From Lysobacterales bacterium (GTDB lineage: Bacteria > Pseudomonadota > Gammaproteobacteria > Xanthomonadales > SZUA-5): 64,000 nucleotides of DNA. Made by a program: the position numbers and the translations under genes. The stretch spans positions 26,263 to 90,262 of the forward strand of contig JALHMH010000015.1 in NCBI GenBank assembly GCA_022844165.1, read 5' to 3'. How positions within the stretch are numbered: the stretch's first letter is position 1; each line of letters starts with the position of its first letter. The notes below the pieces were generated by a model. It was not told where the DNA came from, ran no database searches, and saw nothing but the letters and a program-made list of their open reading frames with translations. Below are positions 17,039-27,013 of the stretch, in pieces.

Positions 17039-18133
17039 ATGGAAGCAGCTGCAATCACTTCGAGAGATATGAAACTCTGGCGCAAAGCCAATCTGGTCTA
17101 TCTGGTCTTCGCGTTTCTGCCGCTGGCGCTGAGCCCGTCGCTTCGAGATTCGGCCCTGGCGTGGTCGGCGACGCTGATTGCGATTGTGTTGTTTCTGCCG
17201 CTTTACTGGGTGAGCTACACCCAGCCTGCGCCGCGGCAGTTGCTCGTGTGTGGCGGCATTGCGCTGATCGGTCTTGCGCTGACGCCATTCAACTACGGTG
17301 GCAATACCATTTTGATTTACGCCATGGCCGCAGCGGGTTACGGTCAGCCTGCGAAGCGTGCCGTCGCGATCGGTATCGCGATCGTGCTCGCCTACGCAGC
17401 GGTGTTGCAGTTCTCCGGTCAGCAGCTGTTTCCGACACTGATGCTGGTACTGATCGGCGGTTCGGTCCTGATGGGTGCCATCCTGGGCACTGCGCAAGAG
17501 CGCCGCAATGCCGAACTGAAGCTGACCCAAGAGGAGGTCAAACGTCTGGCGAGCATGGCCGAGCGAGAACGCATCGGTCGCGATTTGCACGATCTGTTGG
17601 GACACACGCTGAGTTTGATCGCAATCAAGAGCGAGCTGGCAGGAAAACTGATGTCCCGCGACCATGCCAGTGCAGCCGCGCAAATTGCCGACATTGAGAC
17701 GATCGCACGCAAAGCACTGGGCGAAGTGCGCGAAGCGGTGAGCGGCATTCGCGCCACCGGTTTTGCCGCCGAGCTGGCGGCGGCACGACTGAGTCTGCTG
17801 AGCGCTGGTGTGTCACTGGATACGAAAATCGACCAGATGCCGGCGCTGGCCAGCGAAATCGAATCGGCGCTCGCGATGAGTCTGCGCGAGGCGGTGACCA
17901 ACGTGGTGCGGCACGCGGCCGCAGGTCGTGTCGAAGTTGAAATCGAATCCTCACCGCGTGCGTTGTTGTTGTCGATTAGCGATGATGGTCGTGGGGCAGC
18001 CATTGCACCGGGTAACGGATTGACAGGCATGCGCGAACGGCTGGAGAAACTCGGTGGGCAATTAAGCGTCGATAGCGTCATCGGCGCTGGCACCCGATTG
18101 CGCATCTGGCTGCCGACAGCGGCCACAGCATGA
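17039..18133 (+). CDS. Sensor histidine kinase (HisKA_3 / DesK-NarX type)
   Basis: Multi-TM N-terminus, H-box 'RERIGRDLHDLLGHTLS' and ATPase 'GNGLTGMRERLEKLGG'. The start is uncertain (17039 or 17069). Confidence 0.85.
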   Translation: MEAAAITSRDMKLWRKANLVYLVFAFLPLALSPSLRDSALAWSATLIAIVLFLPLYWVSYTQPAPRQLLVCGGIALIGLALTPFNYGGNTILIYAMAAAGYGQPAKRAVAIGIAIVLAYAAVLQFSGQQLFPTLMLVLIGGSVLMGAILGTAQERRNAELKLTQEEVKRLASMAERERIGRDLHDLLGHTLSLIAIKSELAGKLMSRDHASAAAQIADIETIARKALGEVREAVSGIRATGFAAELAAARLSLLSAGVSLDTKIDQMPALASEIESALAMSLREAVTNVVRHAAAGRVEVEIESSPRALLLSISDDGRGAAIAPGNGLTGMRERLEKLGGQLSVDSVIGAGTRLRIWLPTAATA

Positions 18134-18735
18134 TGCGCATTGTGCTCGCCGAGGATCAGGCGATGGTGCGCGGCGCGCTGGCGGCGTTGTTGACGTTGGA
18201 AGACGACATCGAGGTTGTCGCGCAGGCCGCCGATGGCCTTGAGGCTGAGCGTTTGGTGATGGAGCTCAAACCCGATCTGCTGGTGACCGATATCGAAATG
18301 CCTGGTCAATCCGGGCTTGATCTGGCGCGGCGACTGCGCGAATCCGGCAATACGACCCGTGTGGTGATCGTTACGACATTTGCGCGTGCGGGTTATCTGC
18401 GCCGTGCGCTCGACGCGGGCGTGCGCGGATATTTGCTGAAAGACGCGCCATCGAGCCGGCTGGCCGAGGCTTTGCGCGATGTCCATAAGGGCGGACGCGC
18501 GATCGCGCCGGAACTGGCGCAGGACGCGTGGCGCGAGGACGCCGATCCGCTGACCGATCGTGAGCGCGACGTCCTGCGATTGGCGGGCGAGGGCTTGAGT
18601 TCGTCGGAAATCGGCGAGCGTTTGCATCTGTCCGCGGGAACCGTGCGCAATTATTTGAGCGAAGCGATCAGCAAGTTGAACGCGAGCAATCGCATCGAAG
18701 CGCATCGCCTCGCGCGGCAGCGTGGATGGCTTTAG
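18130..18735 (+). CDS. Response regulator, NarL/LuxR family
   Basis: Receiver domain 'MRIVLAEDQAMVR...LLVTDIEMPG' plus LuxR HTH 'LTDRERDVLRLAGEGLSSSEIGERLHLSAGTVRNYL'. It overlaps the kinase stop by 4 nt. Confidence 0.92.
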   Translation: MMRIVLAEDQAMVRGALAALLTLEDDIEVVAQAADGLEAERLVMELKPDLLVTDIEMPGQSGLDLARRLRESGNTTRVVIVTTFARAGYLRRALDAGVRGYLLKDAPSSRLAEALRDVHKGGRAIAPELAQDAWREDADPLTDRERDVLRLAGEGLSSSEIGERLHLSAGTVRNYLSEAISKLNASNRIEAHRLARQRGWL

Positions 18736-18740
18736 AGCTC

Positions 18741-19142
18741 ATGTCGGGTATTCGCGATTTGCCAACGCTGTTGCGCTCGATGTCGCCGAAACACAACGCC
18801 GGCGCCTATGTATTCGCGTCTGTCGCGGCCCTTCCGCCTCAGGCCATTGCATCCATGCGCGAAGCGGAGGGCCTCTCGGTGGTGCTGCCCGAGGCGGTAG
18901 CGAATGCACTTGGCATCGAATCGGGAATGCGCTGCGCCTGGATTACCTTGACCGTAAATTCGGCGCTTGAAGCTGTGGGCCTGACGGCAGCCGTGGCGTC
19001 AGCGCTCGCTGCTGCCGGCATTGCGTGCAACGTCATTGCAGCCATTCACCACGATCACCTTTTTGTGCCGTTCGAAGAGGCCGATCGAGCCCTGCGAATA
19101 CTGCAAGATCTGAGCACCGCGTCGAATAGCCCTGACGCCTGA
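18741..19142 (+). CDS. ACT-domain protein (COG3602/DUF2241-like)
   Basis: 'MSGIRDLPTLLRSMSPKHNAGAYVFASV' and 'AAAGIACNVIAAIHHDHLFVP' match this family as I remember it. Confidence 0.65.
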   Translation: MSGIRDLPTLLRSMSPKHNAGAYVFASVAALPPQAIASMREAEGLSVVLPEAVANALGIESGMRCAWITLTVNSALEAVGLTAAVASALAAAGIACNVIAAIHHDHLFVPFEEADRALRILQDLSTASNSPDA

Positions 19143-19265
19143 GCATGGCCCGGTCATGCAGATCGCTGCGAGCCGACGACATGCGAAGATTCGGCGAATT
19201 TCTGTCACGCGATAGACAAACCTCTGCAAGACTCCCAACGTCTCGAAGTATCCAGGAGGACGATC

Positions 19266-21206
19266 ATGACTTTGCGTCTATGGCGACGGCTGATGGCAGG
19301 TTGCGTTCTACTTCTTTCGCCAACGACGTTGATCGCGGCGGACCTGACAGCGATGACGCCAGGAGGTACTGAGTTCTTGCATCCGGCCGGCTGGCGACTC
19401 GAGCCATCGGAAGACATCGCGATACTGACCGCGCCTGAGGACAACGCGCGAATGGCAATCGCGCAGGTTGAAGCAGAGTCGGCCGATGCAGCGGTCGCCG
19501 TGGCGTGGGCGTTGTTGGGTGTGTCGCATACGCTGGACGAAGCGACCGATCGTGACGCGCGATTCGGTTGGACAGTGATGCGTGCCTACCGGTATCGGTC
19601 GAAGGGCGAGTCGGATCGGTTTGTCCAGGCACTCGCCATGCGCCAAGATGCGCATTGGTCGGTGCTGCTGCTGGATATCGCAGCGGCAACGATGAGTCGA
19701 CGCGAGAAGCAGGTGACGCGATTCATCCAGAGCGTTCGCGCACCTGGCTACCAGCCGCCGACGTTACGCGACCGCAAGCACAGAGTTCTGTCGAAAGCCG
19801 ATGTCGCGTCATTGGTCAGTTTCCTCGACGCTGCGCGCGAGACCTTCGGCATTCCCGGCATTGGTCTTGGGATCGTGCAAAACGACAAAGTGCTGTTCGC
19901 GGGCGGTTTGGGCGTCAGGCGCATCGGCCGGCCCGAAAAAGTCGATGCGCGTACGCTGTTCCTGACCGCGTCGATGACCAAACCACTGACTTCGCTGCTG
20001 CTCGCCAAACTGGTCGACGGCGGCAAACTGAACTGGGCGACACCTGCCCAACAGGTGTTGCCTGCTTTCCGTGTCGGCGATGCGCAGTTGTCCGAAAAAA
20101 TCGAAATTCGCCATCTACTGTGTTCTTGCACCGGCATTCCGTCTAAAGATATGGACTGGATCTTTGCTGGCGACACGATGGACGCCAATGACGTGCTGCG
20201 CATCTTGGGCGAGATCAAACCGGTCGCAGGTCATGGCGAGTTGTACCAGTATTCGAATCTGATGGCCGCCGCAGGGGGCATCGTCGGTGGCCACGCCGCC
20301 GATCCGAAGCAGCCGCTGGACGACGCTTACGATGTGGCGATGCAGCGTCTGGTCTTCGATCCGCTCGGCATGCGTGCCACCACTTTCGACGCAAAGAAAG
20401 CGCAGCGTGGCAATCATGCTCGGCCGCATGGCACGACGATCGACGGTGAAACCACCGAAGCAGCGATGGGTTTCAATGAAGCTGGTCACGCGATGCGCGC
20501 CGATGGCGGCGCGTGGAGCAACGTTGAGGACTTGCTCAAGTATTTGCGCATGGAGCTGGCGAGTGGTCGGCTGCCGGGGGGCAAACGCTATATCGCCAAA
20601 GTCCAACTGGATGAACGGTTGAAGCCGCAAGTTGCGAGAGGCGGTCCCGAGCAGTGGTACACAATGGGTCTAAAGACGGATCGTCAGTTGGGCATTCTGC
20701 AAGTGCTTCACGGCGGCAGCATGGCCGGCTACCAGGGCGAAGTCTTTTGGCTGCCCGAATACAATGCTGGATTCGTGCTGTTGATCAATGCCGATGCTGG
20801 GGGCCTGCTGCGTTCGCCGTTCGCGCGGCGCTTTGTTGAGATGCTCTTCGATACGGATCTTGGTGCGCGCAAGGAAATGGCGGACTTGCCGCAGATCATC
20901 GAGCGAGAGCGCGCGGAGTATCGCAAGGAGATGATTGTCCCGCTCGCGGCTATGGTCAGCGCCAATCTCGCGGAGCGTTATCGCCATCCAGAGCTGGGCG
21001 ACATCGTAGTGGTAAGGCGCGGCGTCGCAACGGAGCTGAATTTTGGCGGATGGTCGTCCGCTGTGGCGTCAGTCACCGATGGCGAGCGTGTTTTTGTCGA
21101 GACGATTTCGCCGGGCGTATCGGGCTACCGTTTCGAAGTTCGCCGTCGCCAGCTGGTTCTGGACGACGGCGAACGCGAATACATCTTTGCTGCCGAGGAA
21201 AAGTAG
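19266..21206 (+). CDS. Serine hydrolase, beta-lactamase/PBP4* family, secreted
   Basis: Signal peptide, 'SMTKPLTS' SxxK motif and 'YSNLMAAAGG' (YxN). Confidence 0.8.
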   Translation: MTLRLWRRLMAGCVLLLSPTTLIAADLTAMTPGGTEFLHPAGWRLEPSEDIAILTAPEDNARMAIAQVEAESADAAVAVAWALLGVSHTLDEATDRDARFGWTVMRAYRYRSKGESDRFVQALAMRQDAHWSVLLLDIAAATMSRREKQVTRFIQSVRAPGYQPPTLRDRKHRVLSKADVASLVSFLDAARETFGIPGIGLGIVQNDKVLFAGGLGVRRIGRPEKVDARTLFLTASMTKPLTSLLLAKLVDGGKLNWATPAQQVLPAFRVGDAQLSEKIEIRHLLCSCTGIPSKDMDWIFAGDTMDANDVLRILGEIKPVAGHGELYQYSNLMAAAGGIVGGHAADPKQPLDDAYDVAMQRLVFDPLGMRATTFDAKKAQRGNHARPHGTTIDGETTEAAMGFNEAGHAMRADGGAWSNVEDLLKYLRMELASGRLPGGKRYIAKVQLDERLKPQVARGGPEQWYTMGLKTDRQLGILQVLHGGSMAGYQGEVFWLPEYNAGFVLLINADAGGLLRSPFARRFVEMLFDTDLGARKEMADLPQIIERERAEYRKEMIVPLAAMVSANLAERYRHPELGDIVVVRRGVATELNFGGWSSAVASVTDGERVFVETISPGVSGYRFEVRRRQLVLDDGEREYIFAAEEK

Positions 21207-21211
21207 CAGTG

Positions 21212-21240
21212 GCTCGCCGCAAACTGCTCGAGCGGCGAGC
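21212..21240. terminator. Hairpin between convergent genes (possible bidirectional terminator)
   Basis: GCTCGCCGC (21212-21220) pairs with GCGGCGAGC (21232-21240). It lies between the stops at 21206 (+) and 21251 (-). There is no clear U-tract. Confidence 0.4.
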
Positions 21241-21250
21241 GCAACCTCCA

Positions 21251-23032
21251 CTACGGCGCGCTGATCGTGCAACCCGTGCGCGGCACAAGGTTGACCACGC
21301 GACGCGGCTCGCTGACAAAGCTGCCGATGCGATAGCCGATCAGAGCCTCAGAGCAACTCAGGAACCGCACCGTTAGCGTGCCCACATCGCGAGTGACCGT
21401 CGGCGACGGTTGCCCGAAGGCGCCGCCCGTGCTTTCGTACACACTCAACACCGCTTCGCGATTGTCGAAGCCGCCCGGCTGAGCGCACACCGAGGAACCA
21501 ACTTCGGAGCGGCAACTATCCAGTGTGTACCACAGGTGGCGACCCGTGCCATCAGCGGCATAGGTGTACCAGGCGCCGACCAGACGGTTTTGACCCGGAA
21601 TGGCGTGGAAGCTCCAGCCCTGACCGTTAATCGCCGGATTAAACCAAAGACCGTCTGCGCTGGTATTGACGTTTGCTTCCAGAGGCACATCGCCGACGGG
21701 AACGGCCACGATGCCGAGCGGCTGGTTGATGCCATCGCCCACGGCGTACGCCGTCGCAATCGCCCCAGCCGGCAGATTCAGGGGCGCCAGGTCGATCAGA
21801 TTGGCGGCGCCGTCAGGCGTTGCCACTTTAACATCGAGCGTGCCCACGGGGAGCTCCAGATAGCCGCTGGCCGCGCCGAATGGAACGTTCGAGAGCCCGG
21901 CCACGACATCGCCGCCGTCCGTGCGAATCGATACGGCCGTGCCCTGCGGCGTGTTGGCGAACGGGGCGGTGTGCGCGATTCGCAGCGCATACGTTCCCGC
22001 CGGCGGTGTGGTGGTGCGGTCTTCAAAACGCTGCAGCGCGAGTGGCTGCAGTGACCCATTGCCGACAGCGGCAAGGGTGTAGCTACGGTTGCCGTCCAGC
22101 TCGACAGTTCCGCTGATGGCTGCCGACGTCGACCCCTGCGGGAATACCTGAATGGCATAAGCGCCCTGTGTCAACGTGAGCTCCGGCGAAAACTGCCGGA
22201 ATCGAAAATTGTTCAATATCTCATTGCCGTTCACAGTGACCCGAACGGCTGTGCCGGCGAGGGTTTGAGCAAAGGGTGCAAAGTGAGCAACGCGGACTTT
22301 GACCGGACCGATTGCGAATGTGGGTAGGGGATTGCTCGGCGCGGCGCCAGTGGTAATGGCGGTGATACCAGTCGAGTAGCCATTGGCGCCGCCGGTTGCC
22401 ACCAGCGTGAAAATGCGGCCTGCCGGTAACGACACGGGCTTGGGATCGATCAAGGTGGTGTTGCCATCGGGTGTGGCGATTCTCAGATCGTAGCTGGCCG
22501 CGGGCAACGTCAGATAGCCGCTGGCGCCACGGAATGGGACACGGGCGAGGCCGCCGACCACGCCACCTGCGTTATCGCGCACAGAAACTTCGGTCGCCGC
22601 CAGTGTGTTGGCAAAGGGCGCCGCATGCACCACGCGGACTTTGACCTGGCCGGCTGGCGGTGCGGCGTTATCGTCGGTCAGTGGCAGCAGGGCCAATGGC
22701 TGGTTGCCACCGTCGCCCACGGCAAGCACGGTGTAGTCGGTATTGTTGGCAAGATCTACCGAAGCACTGATCGCGACCGTCGTCGTGCCAGAAGGTAGAA
22801 CTTCAATGGTGTAACGGCCGGCTGGGCCCAGCGTGAGGTAGTCCGTGAATTGTCCGAACACGACATTCTGCAGCGCGACCGCGCCGTTGACGCGGATGCT
22901 GACGCTGGTGCCCTGCAACGTGGGGGCGAAGGGCGCGAAGTGGCCCACTGTTACGCGGGCGTTTGCGAGCACATCGGTGCTTACGGTGGCCAGCGCGATC
23001 AATGCGCCAGCTGTCCATCGTTGATAGTTCAT
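21251..23032 (-). CDS. Secreted protein with four tandem DUF4397 domains plus a C-terminal domain
   Basis: Signal peptide, then four repeats of the pattern 'V(R/T)V(V/A)H(A/F)APFA...V.V..NG...' ('ARVTVGHFAPFAP', 'VKVRVVHAAPFAN', 'VKVRVAHFAPFAQ', 'YALRIAHTAPFAN'). Confidence 0.7.
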   Translation of the reverse strand: MNYQRWTAGALIALATVSTDVLANARVTVGHFAPFAPTLQGTSVSIRVNGAVALQNVVFGQFTDYLTLGPAGRYTIEVLPSGTTTVAISASVDLANNTDYTVLAVGDGGNQPLALLPLTDDNAAPPAGQVKVRVVHAAPFANTLAATEVSVRDNAGGVVGGLARVPFRGASGYLTLPAASYDLRIATPDGNTTLIDPKPVSLPAGRIFTLVATGGANGYSTGITAITTGAAPSNPLPTFAIGPVKVRVAHFAPFAQTLAGTAVRVTVNGNEILNNFRFRQFSPELTLTQGAYAIQVFPQGSTSAAISGTVELDGNRSYTLAAVGNGSLQPLALQRFEDRTTTPPAGTYALRIAHTAPFANTPQGTAVSIRTDGGDVVAGLSNVPFGAASGYLELPVGTLDVKVATPDGAANLIDLAPLNLPAGAIATAYAVGDGINQPLGIVAVPVGDVPLEANVNTSADGLWFNPAINGQGWSFHAIPGQNRLVGAWYTYAADGTGRHLWYTLDSCRSEVGSSVCAQPGGFDNREAVLSVYESTGGAFGQPSPTVTRDVGTLTVRFLSCSEALIGYRIGSFVSEPRRVVNLVPRTGCTISAP

Positions 23033-23331
23033 GGTCGTCTCTTCTTGTCATGTGGGGGTCACGATCCTGCTGGTTAGCAGAACTGGTTCGGGCGAAAACC
23101 AGACTGGCTAATCCTCAGGCGCTCGTGCAGCGCAGGCCGGCGTTGGTTCCAACCTGTGACGAAGCATGAAGAGTCGGGCATCAAAGCCCGATGCAATTGA
23201 GATCAATTGCGTGTGGGGTTTTCGTGCCGCAGGTGTCGAAGACAGGTTTGCGTTCTGTGAATCTGTACAGCGCCATCAGTCGCGCGCGTTGCAGAATCGA
23301 ACAGCGCGTTTCGAATACGCACGAGACGCGG

Positions 23332-23847
23332 CTATCGCAGCTCCCGTGCTCGCTCGTACTCGGGTTCGGTGGCATCGGCGCTGGTGTCGATCCAAAACTG
23401 GCAGTGCCGAATCTGCACGGCAAAACGTCCATGGTAGGTTTGATCCGGGGCACCTGGAGTGATCACGCGCAGACGGTAGAAGCCCGCGTCGCTGCGCATA
23501 TTTCCTGTGGCGATCGATACGGTGCGCTTGAAATCGAGATCGGCACGCGCGCCTGAGCTGGCATCGCCCATTCCCAGCGTTGCAAACAACTCAGCGAAAT
23601 GTGCGCCGATGGCCTTGCGGCCTTCGCGCAGTATCGGGTCGGCGCCGGAGTAAAGCTCCTGATAAATCGCATCCGCCGTATACGCACGAGCGGCCGCTTG
23701 TGCATCAGCAGTGCGGTAGGCATCGCGCAGGACCAGGTACGGATCGCTGCTGCAGGCTTCGTTGAGTGAAACGGGCGATGCGTCGGTCGAGGTTGTAAAA
23801 GCGGTCGCAAGAACAATAATGCAGACTGCCGTTGCCCTGAGGTTCAT
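23332..23847 (-). CDS. Hypothetical secreted protein (possibly NTF2/SnoaL-like)
   Basis: The ATG at 23847 gives signal peptide 'MNLRATAVCIIVLATAFT'. The fold guess is weak. Confidence 0.45.
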   Translation of the reverse strand: MNLRATAVCIIVLATAFTTSTDASPVSLNEACSSDPYLVLRDAYRTADAQAAARAYTADAIYQELYSGADPILREGRKAIGAHFAELFATLGMGDASSGARADLDFKRTVSIATGNMRSDAGFYRLRVITPGAPDQTYHGRFAVQIRHCQFWIDTSADATEPEYERARELR

Positions 23848-23916
23848 GGCGTGGGGTGTCGGTTCGGAGGGGCCATATGATCTGCATGATGTGTGCCAGC
23901 CCAAGCTTGAGCGGTT

Positions 23917-24357
23917 TCAATGTGGCTGCGCCAACAAACGCCAACCCCAGGCGGTGCCAAGGATGGCCAGGAGCACGAACGCCGTCGCGAGAGCGAACCC
24001 GATTCGACTCATTCGGGCAGCCTCTGAGCCGCGCACAACGGGCATATCGTGCATCAGGCGAGCGCCGCTGTGCGGATAGCGTTGCTCCCGGTGCACGCGC
24101 CAGGACGAGTAGCCAATCGATACGCCCGCAGCGGCGCCGACCAGGCCCAACAGGCACAAAGCCAGGCGCACCAGGGAGTAGAAGCGCTCCATGGCGGTGT
24201 CCAGTTTGCCCGATTCAATCCCGAAACGAATCGCAGCCAGCTCCCACTGCAGATACAGCAGCGCTACGACAGCCAAAGCACAAGTACCGGCGGCAATCCA
24301 AAGCAGGCGTCCCTTTTGGCGAGGATCTGCGCGATGGATTTCGCCGGCGTCCATCAA
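23917..24357 (-). CDS. Hypothetical membrane protein
   Basis: It has three hydrophobic helices. Its ATG overlaps the nitrilase-family stop (ATGA). Confidence 0.45.
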   Translation of the reverse strand: MMDAGEIHRADPRQKGRLLWIAAGTCALAVVALLYLQWELAAIRFGIESGKLDTAMERFYSLVRLALCLLGLVGAAAGVSIGYSSWRVHREQRYPHSGARLMHDMPVVRGSEAARMSRIGFALATAFVLLAILGTAWGWRLLAQPH

Positions 24358-25370
24358 ATCAAGCCCCGTTGCGCCAGAACTTCAAGGACGCGCTTTTGCG
24401 TCTCCAGAAAATGTGCACGTGTGGGTGAACTGGTGGCTAACGTGTTTTTCGGGTGGACGACGCCCGAGTAGGTAGGTGCGAATAACTCAAGTCGCTGGCG
24501 TGCGAGGAAATTGCCCATGCCAGGTCGGCGCCGCCACGCACGTTGGGCATCCACGTCGATCATTCCGTTCGCCACCATCGACTCACCTGTTGCGGCTTCG
24601 GCCAGCGCCATGCCTTTGTAATCGATGAGCGTCGACATCCCGTCCGTTGACTCTGCCGGAATGGGCGTGCCTTCGATGCCCGCTGAGTTGGCCGATATGA
24701 CGTAAGCCATGTTCTCCAGTGCGCGCGCGCGTTTGGCGATGTGTTTTTGCGTCAGCTGCGGGCTGCTCACTTCGCTGGTCGAGTGCACAAAGATTTCGGC
24801 ACCACGCAAGGCATGTGCGCGAGCGATTTCCGGGTACAAGATCTCTTCCGAGGCGATCGCCGCGAGTTTCCCGATCGGTGTTGCGGCCACGGGGAAAATG
24901 CCGTCCCAGCCATAGCAGTCCAGGTACGCATCAAGCACATCGTGCGGCGTCGGTGCGAACATGGAGACCAGTCGCCGATAGCGCAGCACCAATTCGCCGC
25001 TGGGTGCGATCACAAAGCTCGTCTGAAAGTACAACGCGGGGAAATGATGGTCGAGCTCGTACGCGTTACCGGCGATATACAACTGCTCGGTCGTGGCGCA
25101 TTCGGCCATCAGATCGTACAGCGGGTCGTCCATGGCCAGGCACGCCAAGGTTTGCCAATGTTCGATCGACTCACCTTGCGGGAAACTGGTCAAGAAATAC
25201 TCGGGCAGAACCACGAGCTTCAGATCGGGTCCGATGAAGCGTTTGCTGGCTGCGATCTGCGCGACGACTCGCGTTGCCGTATCGCGCATGCGCAGACGCG
25301 CCGCATCAATGGCCATACCGTTAACCGCGAAACAGCGCGTCTGCAGCGCAAGAGCGAAAAAGCGGTTCAT
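24354..25370 (-). CDS. Carbon-nitrogen hydrolase (nitrilase/amidase superfamily)
   Basis: 'KLVVLPEYFL' (catalytic Glu context), overall length and 'AYVISANSAG' fit the CN-hydrolase family. The start is taken at ATG 25370. Confidence 0.7.
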   Translation of the reverse strand: MNRFFALALQTRCFAVNGMAIDAARLRMRDTATRVVAQIAASKRFIGPDLKLVVLPEYFLTSFPQGESIEHWQTLACLAMDDPLYDLMAECATTEQLYIAGNAYELDHHFPALYFQTSFVIAPSGELVLRYRRLVSMFAPTPHDVLDAYLDCYGWDGIFPVAATPIGKLAAIASEEILYPEIARAHALRGAEIFVHSTSEVSSPQLTQKHIAKRARALENMAYVISANSAGIEGTPIPAESTDGMSTLIDYKGMALAEAATGESMVANGMIDVDAQRAWRRRPGMGNFLARQRLELFAPTYSGVVHPKNTLATSSPTRAHFLETQKRVLEVLAQRGLI

Positions 25371-25374
25371 CGGT

Positions 25375-26130
25375 TTATCCAAAGTCGGCAGGTTGTTTGG
25401 TGACGAAGGCCGCGGCGCCAGCCGCAAACTCTTTGCCACCGAAAGCCGCGATCGCTAAGTCATCGAGGGTCGGATCGGTGGCGACCGCGGACACAGCACG
25501 CAGCGTTCGCTTGATATTTGTCAGCGCCTCGGATGGTCCCGTAGCCAACTGCTGCGCCAGCGTCGACAATTGCCCTTCCAGATTCGCGGGCGCGCAGCGG
25601 CGCTGCACAAGGCCCATACGGAGCGCGTCGTCTGCATCCAATTCGCGTGAGGTCAACAGCATGTCGCTGGCGTGCGCAAGACCGATCGCAGCGACCAGTC
25701 GGTGCGTGTCAGCGGGGCTGTAGATCAATCCGAGGCGAATGGGCGTCACCGCAAAACGGGCGGTGTCGTCCGCAATGCGCAGATCGCACGCCGTTGCCAG
25801 CCCGACACCGCCGCCATAACAGGCGCCGCGGATGGCAGCAATGGTGGGAATCGGAGCCTCGAACAAAACACGTTGCGCGCGCTGCACACAAGCGTGGTTA
25901 TCCGACATCCATTGTGGGTCGTCGATATGCGCTCGTAGCTCGTGCACATCGGCGCCGGCACAAAAGTGTGCGCCGCCTTCGATGGACACCACGCGCGCCC
26001 CGGCGTTGGTCAGGATGGTATCGGTCAACGCCTGCCAGGATTCGTGGTCGAGCGCATTGCGTTGCGCCGGACGATCAATCGTGATGCGCAGCCAACGTCC
26101 GCCCAGTTCGTGCCGAACAATGAGGCTCAC
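25375..26130 (-). CDS. Enoyl-CoA hydratase/isomerase family protein
   Basis: 'ITIDRPAQRNAL', 'FCAGADVHEL' and 'PTIAAIRGACYGGGVGLATACDLRIA' are crotonase motifs. The GTG at 26130 overlaps the upstream stop (GTGA). Confidence 0.82.
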   Translation of the reverse strand: MSLIVRHELGGRWLRITIDRPAQRNALDHESWQALTDTILTNAGARVVSIEGGAHFCAGADVHELRAHIDDPQWMSDNHACVQRAQRVLFEAPIPTIAAIRGACYGGGVGLATACDLRIADDTARFAVTPIRLGLIYSPADTHRLVAAIGLAHASDMLLTSRELDADDALRMGLVQRRCAPANLEGQLSTLAQQLATGPSEALTNIKRTLRAVSAVATDPTLDDLAIAAFGGKEFAAGAAAFVTKQPADFG

Positions 26131-26426
26131 CAGTTGCGCCCTCCCACCCAGGTGCCTGCCGCCGCGCGGTAGCCATGGACGTCGATACGTCGCCAGACAT
26201 TGGCACGAGTGTAAGGATCGGCTGCGATCCACGCGCGTGCTGCCGGCAAAGACTCGGCCTCAATCACAAACATCGACCCGATCATCGCGCCAGCATCGTT
26301 CAACCACGGCCCCGCAATCCGAATAATCGCCATCTGCGTCTCAATGAATGCGAGGTGCTCGGCGAGATGTAATGCGCGCAATTGCGCGCCTTCGCTGCTA
26401 TCGATTGCCCAGATCACTGCCAGCAT
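26127..26426 (-). CDS. YciI family protein
   Basis: A 99-aa protein. 'RALHLAEHLAFIE...GPWLND...AADPYTRANVW' is YciI-like. Confidence 0.7.
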   Translation of the reverse strand: MLAVIWAIDSSEGAQLRALHLAEHLAFIETQMAIIRIAGPWLNDAGAMIGSMFVIEAESLPAARAWIAADPYTRANVWRRIDVHGYRAAAGTWVGGRNW

Positions 26427-26633
26427 GGTCCGTCCGCGCCGATGTGTCCCGCGCATGCTACCGCGTTGGCGTCGAGCGCATTTCGAGCAAGGATCACGCG
26501 AACCGCCGCGAAGCAGTCTTTTGCTGAGTCGCCTGAACAACGTCCGTCGGTGGTTCGGCCCCCGGTTGACGAATGAAATACGCTAAGGCTTAATTGCGGG
26601 CTCGGCGCGTTGTTCCTCCCGCCGAGCCACTTC

Positions 26634-26709
26634 GGCCAGGTAGCTCAGTTGGTAGAGCAGGGGACTGAAAATCCCCGTGTCGGCGGTTCGATTCCGTCCC
26701 TGGCCACCA
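26634..26709 (+). tRNA. tRNA-Phe (anticodon GAA)
   Basis: GGCCAGGTAGCTCAGTTGGTAGAGCAGGGGACTGAAAATCCCCGTGTCGGCGGTTCGATTCCGTCCCTGGCCACCA forms a cloverleaf with the anticodon loop CT-GAA-AA and an encoded CCA. Confidence 0.95.
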
Positions 26710-27013
26710 TCTCGATCAAGCGCTTAGATCACGTTTCGGGAATGTTCTACTTCGCCGGCTCCGATCTGGTGCCCGTTGGTTGGCTGGCTTGATCCGTTTT
26801 CTCATTGAAGAGAACCGATGGGCCCGCGTTGGTGCAAGTCGGGACGAGCCCGTCCGCGCTCCTGCTCCCAGCGACTTTTGACGAGAACGCTTATCGAGCT
26901 GTACTTCCGACGTTCGAAGCAGGGCTTGCGTTTTTCGTCACGAACGGACATCGACGGCAACGCGTGCTACGTCTGCGGACACGGTGAGCTCGACGCTGAG
27001 GCACTGCATGACT

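Noticed and set aside
26710-27013. A 300-bp noncoding stretch 3' of tRNA-Phe as an island attachment scar, possibly related to the truncated integrase at 60516.
   Set aside because: I found no integrase and no cargo genes here. I also saw no repeat of the tRNA 3' end (GGTTCGATTCCGTCCCTGGCCACCA), either here or near 60475-60560.
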